From Candidatus Enterousia sp. (GTDB lineage Bacteria > Pseudomonadota > Alphaproteobacteria > Rs-D84), in assembly GCA_045546195.1 (NCBI GenBank), contig JAZQCH010000001.1, positions 231,489-295,488 of the forward strand: DNA of 64,000 bases, given 5' to 3'. The notes beneath the pieces were generated by a model. That model was not told the DNA's origin. It saw only the letters and a list, made by a program, of their open reading frames with translations, and searched no databases. The translations under genes were made by a program, and so were the position numbers. Within the stretch, counting starts at the first letter, position 1, and every line of letters starts with the position of its first letter. Below are positions 59,226-64,000 of the stretch, one piece after another.

Positions 59226-61886
59226 ATGAGTAATAAATGGGTATATACCTTTGGTAATGGCGCCGCCGAAGGTCAGGCAGATATGAAAAATCTGCTGGGT
59301 GGCAAGGGTGCGAATTTAGCAGAAATGAACTTGGTTGGTTTGCCTGTTCCTGCGGGCTTTACGGTGACGACCGATGTTTGTACATATTATTATGCGAACA
59401 ACCAGACATATCCGTCTGACTTGATGGACCAGGTGCGTTCTGGTATTGCGCATGTTGAATCCATTATGGGTAAAAAGTTTGCGGATTTGGAAAATCCATT
59501 GTTGGTATCTGTGCGCAGTGGTGCGCGCGTATCTATGCCGGGCATGATGGACACAGTTTTGAATTTAGGTTTGAACGACGAAACGGTAAAAGCGTTGGCG
59601 AAAATTTCTGGCAACGAACGTTTTGCGTATGATTCATATCGTCGCTTTATCATGATGTTCAGCGAAGTTGTTATGGGCGCAGACATTGACTTGTTTGAAC
59701 ACACACTGGAACGCATGAAGGAAGATAAAGGCTATAAACTGGACACAGAATTGACCGCCGAAGATTTGAAAGACTTGGTTGAAAAGTTCAAAGAAATCGG
59801 TGTTAAAATCGGCAAAGTATTCCCCCAGGATCCATGGAAGCAGTTGGAAATGGGTATCGGTGCCGTATTCGGTTCATGGATGTCTAAAAAGGCCATCACA
59901 TATCGTAAATTGAATAACATCCCAGCCGACTGGGGTACCGCTGTTAATGTTCAGGCGATGGTATTCGGTAATTCTGGCGATGACAGTGCGACCGGCGTAT
60001 GTTTCAGCCGTGACCCAGCAACCGGTGAAAACAAATACTATGGTGAATATCTGATTAACGCCCAGGGCGAAGACGTTGTTGCGGGTATTCGCACCCCCCA
60101 GCCTATGAGCAAGGATGATTCCGGCCGCCTGTCATTGGAAGAAGCAATGCCAGCAGTCTATAAAGAATTGTGTGATGTTCGTGAAAAACTGGAACGTCAT
60201 TACAAAGATATGCAGGATATGGAATTCACAATCGAACATGGAAAACTGTGGATGTTGCAGTGCCGTAATGGTAAACGTACCGCCGCCGCCGCTGTCCGTA
60301 TGGCGGTTGAAATGGTGGAAGAAGGCCTGTTGACCAAAGAAGAGGCAATCCTGCGCGTTGGTGCGGACCAACTGGACCACTTATTACACCCAATGTTGGA
60401 CCCCAAGGCTGAAAAGCGTGTTATCGCAACCGGTCTGCCTGCGTCCCCAGGTGCGGCTGTGGGTATGGCGGTCTTTAACGCCGAAGATGCCGAAAAATGG
60501 GCGGCTGCGGGTAAACAGGTTATGCTGATTCGTATCGAAACATCACCCGAAGACATCGCGGGTATGAACGCGGCCCAGGGTGTTATCACCGCCCGTGGTG
60601 GTATGACATCACACGCCGCGGTTGTGGCGCGTGGTATGGGAACACCATGCGTATCTGGTTCGCCTGACATTAAAATTGATTATGAATCCAAGACTTTAAA
60701 GACAACATCCGGTGTTGTTATTAACGAAGGCGACTGGATTTCAATTGACGGCGCCAAGGGTCAGATTATCGAAGGCAAAATCCCAACTGTATCTGTTGAA
60801 CTGACGGGTAATTTCGGCACATTGATGAAATGGGTTGATGAAATCAAAACATTAACGGTCAAGGCAAACGCCGAAACACCAAAAGACGCAAAACAAGCAC
60901 GCGACTTTGGTGCCGAAGGTATCGGTCTGGCGCGTACAGAACACATGTTCTTTGACCCATCCCGTATCCAGGATATGCGCGAAATGATTCTGGCCGAAGA
61001 CGAAGCCGGTCGCCGCGCGGCCTTGGCAAAATTGTTGCCATACCAGAAATCTGACTTCGTCGAACTGTTCAAGATTATGGATGGTCTGCCGGTTACAATC
61101 CGTTTGATTGACCCACCGCTACACGAATTCTTGCCACACACCGATGCGGAAATCGAAGAATTGGCGGCGCACATTGGCAAATCTGTTGAATTTATTAAAC
61201 AGCGTGCCGAACAATTACACGAACAGAACCCAATGTTGGGTCATCGTGGTTGCCGTTTGGCGATTACATACCCAGAAATCTGCGAAATGCAGACACGCGC
61301 GATTCTGTCGGCGGCATTGGAAGTTAAAAAGGCAGGCATCCGCGTATTCCCAGAAATCGAAGTTCCATTGGTTGGCTCGAAAAAAGAAGTGGATATCGTC
61401 AAGGCTGTTATCGATGCCACGGCCCAGTCGCTGTTCGCAGAAACGGGTGAATCTGTTGAATACACAGTTGGTTCTATGATTGAATTGCCACGCGCAGCCG
61501 TGCTGGCAAACGAAATCGCGGAATCTTGTGAATTCTTTGAATTCGGTACAAACGACCTGACCCAGACAACATTGGGTATGTCGCGTGACGACACAGCCAA
61601 GATTTTGGATGAATATCGTGCACGTGGTGTCTATGTTGCGGATCCGTTCGCATCTGTTGACCAGTTGGGCGTTGGTCTGTTGATTAAAGACGCGGTTAAC
61701 AAAGCGCGCGATACCAAGGGCGAACATATCCACCTGGGTGTATGTGGTGAACACGGTGGTGATCCAGAATCCATCATGTTCTTCCACCAGTGCGGATTTA
61801 ACTCGGTCTCATGCAGTCCGTTCCGCGTGCCAATCGCACGTTTGGCGGCGGCCCAGGCTGCGGTTAAATACCCACGCAAGAACTAA
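59226..61886 (+). CDS. ppdK: pyruvate, phosphate dikinase
   Basis: 886 aa; ATP-grasp N-terminus, phospho-His domain 'GGMTSHAAVVARGMG', C-terminal PEP-utilising TIM barrel. Confidence 0.95.
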   Translation: MSNKWVYTFGNGAAEGQADMKNLLGGKGANLAEMNLVGLPVPAGFTVTTDVCTYYYANNQTYPSDLMDQVRSGIAHVESIMGKKFADLENPLLVSVRSGARVSMPGMMDTVLNLGLNDETVKALAKISGNERFAYDSYRRFIMMFSEVVMGADIDLFEHTLERMKEDKGYKLDTELTAEDLKDLVEKFKEIGVKIGKVFPQDPWKQLEMGIGAVFGSWMSKKAITYRKLNNIPADWGTAVNVQAMVFGNSGDDSATGVCFSRDPATGENKYYGEYLINAQGEDVVAGIRTPQPMSKDDSGRLSLEEAMPAVYKELCDVREKLERHYKDMQDMEFTIEHGKLWMLQCRNGKRTAAAAVRMAVEMVEEGLLTKEEAILRVGADQLDHLLHPMLDPKAEKRVIATGLPASPGAAVGMAVFNAEDAEKWAAAGKQVMLIRIETSPEDIAGMNAAQGVITARGGMTSHAAVVARGMGTPCVSGSPDIKIDYESKTLKTTSGVVINEGDWISIDGAKGQIIEGKIPTVSVELTGNFGTLMKWVDEIKTLTVKANAETPKDAKQARDFGAEGIGLARTEHMFFDPSRIQDMREMILAEDEAGRRAALAKLLPYQKSDFVELFKIMDGLPVTIRLIDPPLHEFLPHTDAEIEELAAHIGKSVEFIKQRAEQLHEQNPMLGHRGCRLAITYPEICEMQTRAILSAALEVKKAGIRVFPEIEVPLVGSKKEVDIVKAVIDATAQSLFAETGESVEYTVGSMIELPRAAVLANEIAESCEFFEFGTNDLTQTTLGMSRDDTAKILDEYRARGVYVADPFASVDQLGVGLLIKDAVNKARDTKGEHIHLGVCGEHGGDPESIMFFHQCGFNSVSCSPFRVPIARLAAAQAAVKYPRKN

Positions 61887-61919
61887 AAAACAATCCCCCA
61901 TCTGGGGGATTTTTTTTTG
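61887..61919 (+). terminator. rho-independent terminator after ppdK
   Basis: 'aaaaacaatcccccatctgggggattttttttt'. Confidence 0.7.
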
Positions 61920-62008
61920 TTTCCCAACATGGTGGATTGATATAAATAAAATCGCAACAAAAAACGTCCAACGCCCCAGATTCCCTGGCGAATCGTCAAA
62001 AAAATTAT

Positions 62009-62123
62009 GCCTAATCCAAACGGTGGTTTAGATTAGACATCTTTTATACAGCAATTTTGTCCCAAAACCGGTAAAAAGTCAATCCTAATTTGTGCCTAAT
62101 CTAAACCACCGTTTGGATTAGGC
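62009..62123. repeat. pair of 30-nt 'gcctaatc...gattaggc' palindromic elements in inverted orientation (29/30 identical) flanking a 57-bp spacer, upstream of Cys-rich paralog P3
   Basis: left arm 62009-62038 'gcctaatccaaacggtggtttagattagac'; right arm 62094-62123 is its reverse complement; same family as 4673-4702. Confidence 0.75.
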
Positions 62124-62158
62124 AGCGTTATGTACAAAAACAAGGGGAGAAAACAACC

Positions 62159-63316
62159 ATGCATATTTTTGGCCAAGATATCGATATGTACAACCTGTTA
62201 CGTCGGGTTCGCCGTGTCGGGTTGCGTACTGCGGGTATGGTTGTTGCCCTGTTTGCGTCAAACCGTGCGTCGGCGGTGGCGATTACGGACGTCTGCCCCA
62301 GTTGCCGAATTGTCGGCAATTCAATTTGTAATATGGCAGCCAATCCACAGAGTGTAAATGAAAGTGGCGCGGTCGGCACCTGGGTTAATTGGTGTATACC
62401 ACAGCAGAATTTGGGAACAACTACGTATCCGTTGATAATTGATTCCAGCTGTGTGACGAAATTAAAGAATTGGGGCTTGTGTACAACCTATCCAAATGGG
62501 TGTGGATACATGTTGTATAACCCAAACCTGTCGTGTTCCAGTGGTAATGTGAACTATTCCGGTGTATATACTGTGTTTGCGCAAAATGGTATGACGACCG
62601 TGGGCAGTATGACATTGCCATGGACTTCGGTTGCGGGCTATCAATCTTCCAGCGGTCTGATTGTGGCGTTTCAAAACGGTGACATCAATGAAACGGCATG
62701 TTGTATGATTTCTGACACATCTGTCAACTATATCAGCGGTATTTGTATGATTACATCTGGCACAGATGAAAATTGCGCGATAATGGCGGCATGCGGATAT
62801 GTCCCAAATTCATACACATGCGGTTATATGGGGATTAGCAAGACTGGCACCATATCTGGTTCAAACGCATGTCCATCTGATTTTGAATCCTATTTCCGTA
62901 CCAGTCTGTCAACCGGCTGGTGTGATAATTATGGTTCTGGCATCTATGTCGAAGGGCTGGGTGCTATGCTGATTAGCAAGGCCTGTAATGGCACCCTGGA
63001 TACGACATATTGTAATGGCAGATTTTCAAGATGTACATGTGGTTTTGTACTTGATTCATGTAACACGGCATCTGGCTATGAACGTACTGGAAAAACCAAC
63101 GACCCGATTACATACATTGGTGCCGATGGTTATTGTCAGTGTACCAGTGATTCTGCGTCCGTGTTAAATCATGTTTCTGGCGTTACATATTCTGGCTATT
63201 ATTCCAGCGGTCTGTCCAAATGCGTCGCAACCCCCAGCCCCAGCACGGTATCTGGCCTGAGTGACACAACTGGTTCTTATACTGTTTTGTATGATGGGGA
63301 TTGCGAATGGGAATAA
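62159..63316 (+). CDS. secreted Cys/Gly/Ser/Thr/Tyr-rich protein, no recognisable domain (paralog P3)
   Basis: 385 aa; GGGGAGA SD; signal-like 'VGLRTAGMVVALFASNRASAVA'; ~35 Cys; composition like 4756..5793. Confidence 0.6.
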   Translation: MHIFGQDIDMYNLLRRVRRVGLRTAGMVVALFASNRASAVAITDVCPSCRIVGNSICNMAANPQSVNESGAVGTWVNWCIPQQNLGTTTYPLIIDSSCVTKLKNWGLCTTYPNGCGYMLYNPNLSCSSGNVNYSGVYTVFAQNGMTTVGSMTLPWTSVAGYQSSSGLIVAFQNGDINETACCMISDTSVNYISGICMITSGTDENCAIMAACGYVPNSYTCGYMGISKTGTISGSNACPSDFESYFRTSLSTGWCDNYGSGIYVEGLGAMLISKACNGTLDTTYCNGRFSRCTCGFVLDSCNTASGYERTGKTNDPITYIGADGYCQCTSDSASVLNHVSGVTYSGYYSSGLSKCVATPSPSTVSGLSDTTGSYTVLYDGDCEWE

Positions 63317-63327
63317 ACAGGTGAATA

Positions 63328-64000
63328 ATGAAAAAACAGCAACCGCAAATCAGTGTAATTGAAATAGATATTCGTGATGCGAATTACCAGACCGGTATCG
63401 GACGATATATTGATATCGTATCGCGTAATATGCCAGACTATGTTCATACATATCGCATAATTTTATATCGTACAGATGTCGAAGAATTACATATCACCAA
63501 AACCGATACAGAATTGTCTGTGTATTTACCAAAAAATTTCCCGCACAACATACTCAGTGGCATAATTCTTCAAATCTGGGGACAAAAAATTTCCCAGATG
63601 CCCAATTTGATTGTCAAGGTCAACTGTGTCGGTGCAGAATCTCTGGCATACACTATCCGCAATCAGTTCTATTGTAAAACCATCGGCGTCTTACATTTTT
63701 CGCCCCAGTGGATTCTGGACGGCAAACCGAAACGCGCCTATAATCCGTACTTTAACATGGACTATGTGATATCAGTATTCGCGGGCGGTCTGAACTATCT
63801 GCGCGAAATCGGTTATAATCGTGCGCACAGTGTTATTTTGAACGGTATTGAACCGCCACGGATTGGGGCGCGCCCGCGCGATGATGTTTTTCGCTTTATA
63901 TTCCCGAACGGCTGGACACCACGCAAAGGCCTGGTCAAGATTTTGCCTGCGTTTAAAAAGGTTGCTGAAAAACATAAAATCGAAGTTTTAATCCTAGGTG
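63328..64000 (+). CDS. putative family-1 glycosyltransferase, N-terminal part (runs off window end)
   Basis: open frame from ATG 63328 to window end with no stop; shape matches the N-terminal domain of GT4 enzymes; 'KVNCVGAESL..IGVLHFS' region; weak. Confidence 0.4.
   Translation, partial: MKKQQPQISVIEIDIRDANYQTGIGRYIDIVSRNMPDYVHTYRIILYRTDVEELHITKTDTELSVYLPKNFPHNILSGIILQIWGQKISQMPNLIVKVNCVGAESLAYTIRNQFYCKTIGVLHFSPQWILDGKPKRAYNPYFNMDYVISVFAGGLNYLREIGYNRAHSVILNGIEPPRIGARPRDDVFRFIFPNGWTPRKGLVKILPAFKKVAEKHKIEVLILG

Noticed and set aside
4756-63316. Direct sequence homology between Cys-rich proteins P1 and P3
   Set aside because: I could not align specific motifs by eye. The similarity is compositional, plus the shared upstream element, so I call them a family only tentatively.
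1-64000. CRISPR arrays, IS elements with transposase, prophage or integrase genes
   Set aside because: No regularly spaced direct repeats were found. No transposase, integrase or phage structural ORFs were seen anywhere in the window.

Overview
This 64-kb window reads as a chromosomal segment of a Gram-negative bacterium, probably an alphaproteobacterium: it carries a GapR/UPF0335-like gene and a eukaryote-like type-2 IleRS. GC content is moderate and coding density is high. Most of it is conserved housekeeping. Recognised genes include fabD-fabG-mnmG(gidA), ileS, nth, fabZ-lpxD, nusA-infB, valS and rlmN; an envelope block of a SurA-like gene, lptD, an lptF/G permease and a MacB-like ABC pair; then der, the cell-wall genes mrcA-mraY-ftsW-murG, a MarR-TolC-adaptor-AcrB efflux operon, pyk, rpmH, gyrA, fba, an orphan HlyD-TolC pair, tRNA-Thr and tRNA-Cys, a pta-like gene and ppdK.

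Four things stand out beyond the housekeeping.

(1) A roughly 1.3-kb AT-rich insertion sits in the extreme 3' end of mnmG. It is bounded by two diverged direct copies of the last ~52 bp of mnmG (copy 2 is ~85% identical to copy 1) and by strong hairpin-containing repeats. It carries a two-gene operon of small membrane proteins and a GIY-YIG nuclease gene; the nuclease gene is itself framed by perfect 29-bp inverted repeats.

(2) Three paralogous, domain-less, Cys/Gly/Ser/Thr/Tyr-rich secreted proteins are present. Two of them are preceded by a conserved 30-nt 'gcctaatc...gattaggc' palindromic element, and one carries N-terminal Ala/Ser/Arg/Asn tandem repeats.

(3) A 30-bp direct duplication of the tRNA-Cys 3' end lies 165 bp downstream of that tRNA, and each copy is followed by its own terminator.

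(4) An orphan HlyD-TolC pair and a separate MacB-like ABC pump have no cognate partner next to them.

I found no CRISPR array, no intact IS element and no integrase.
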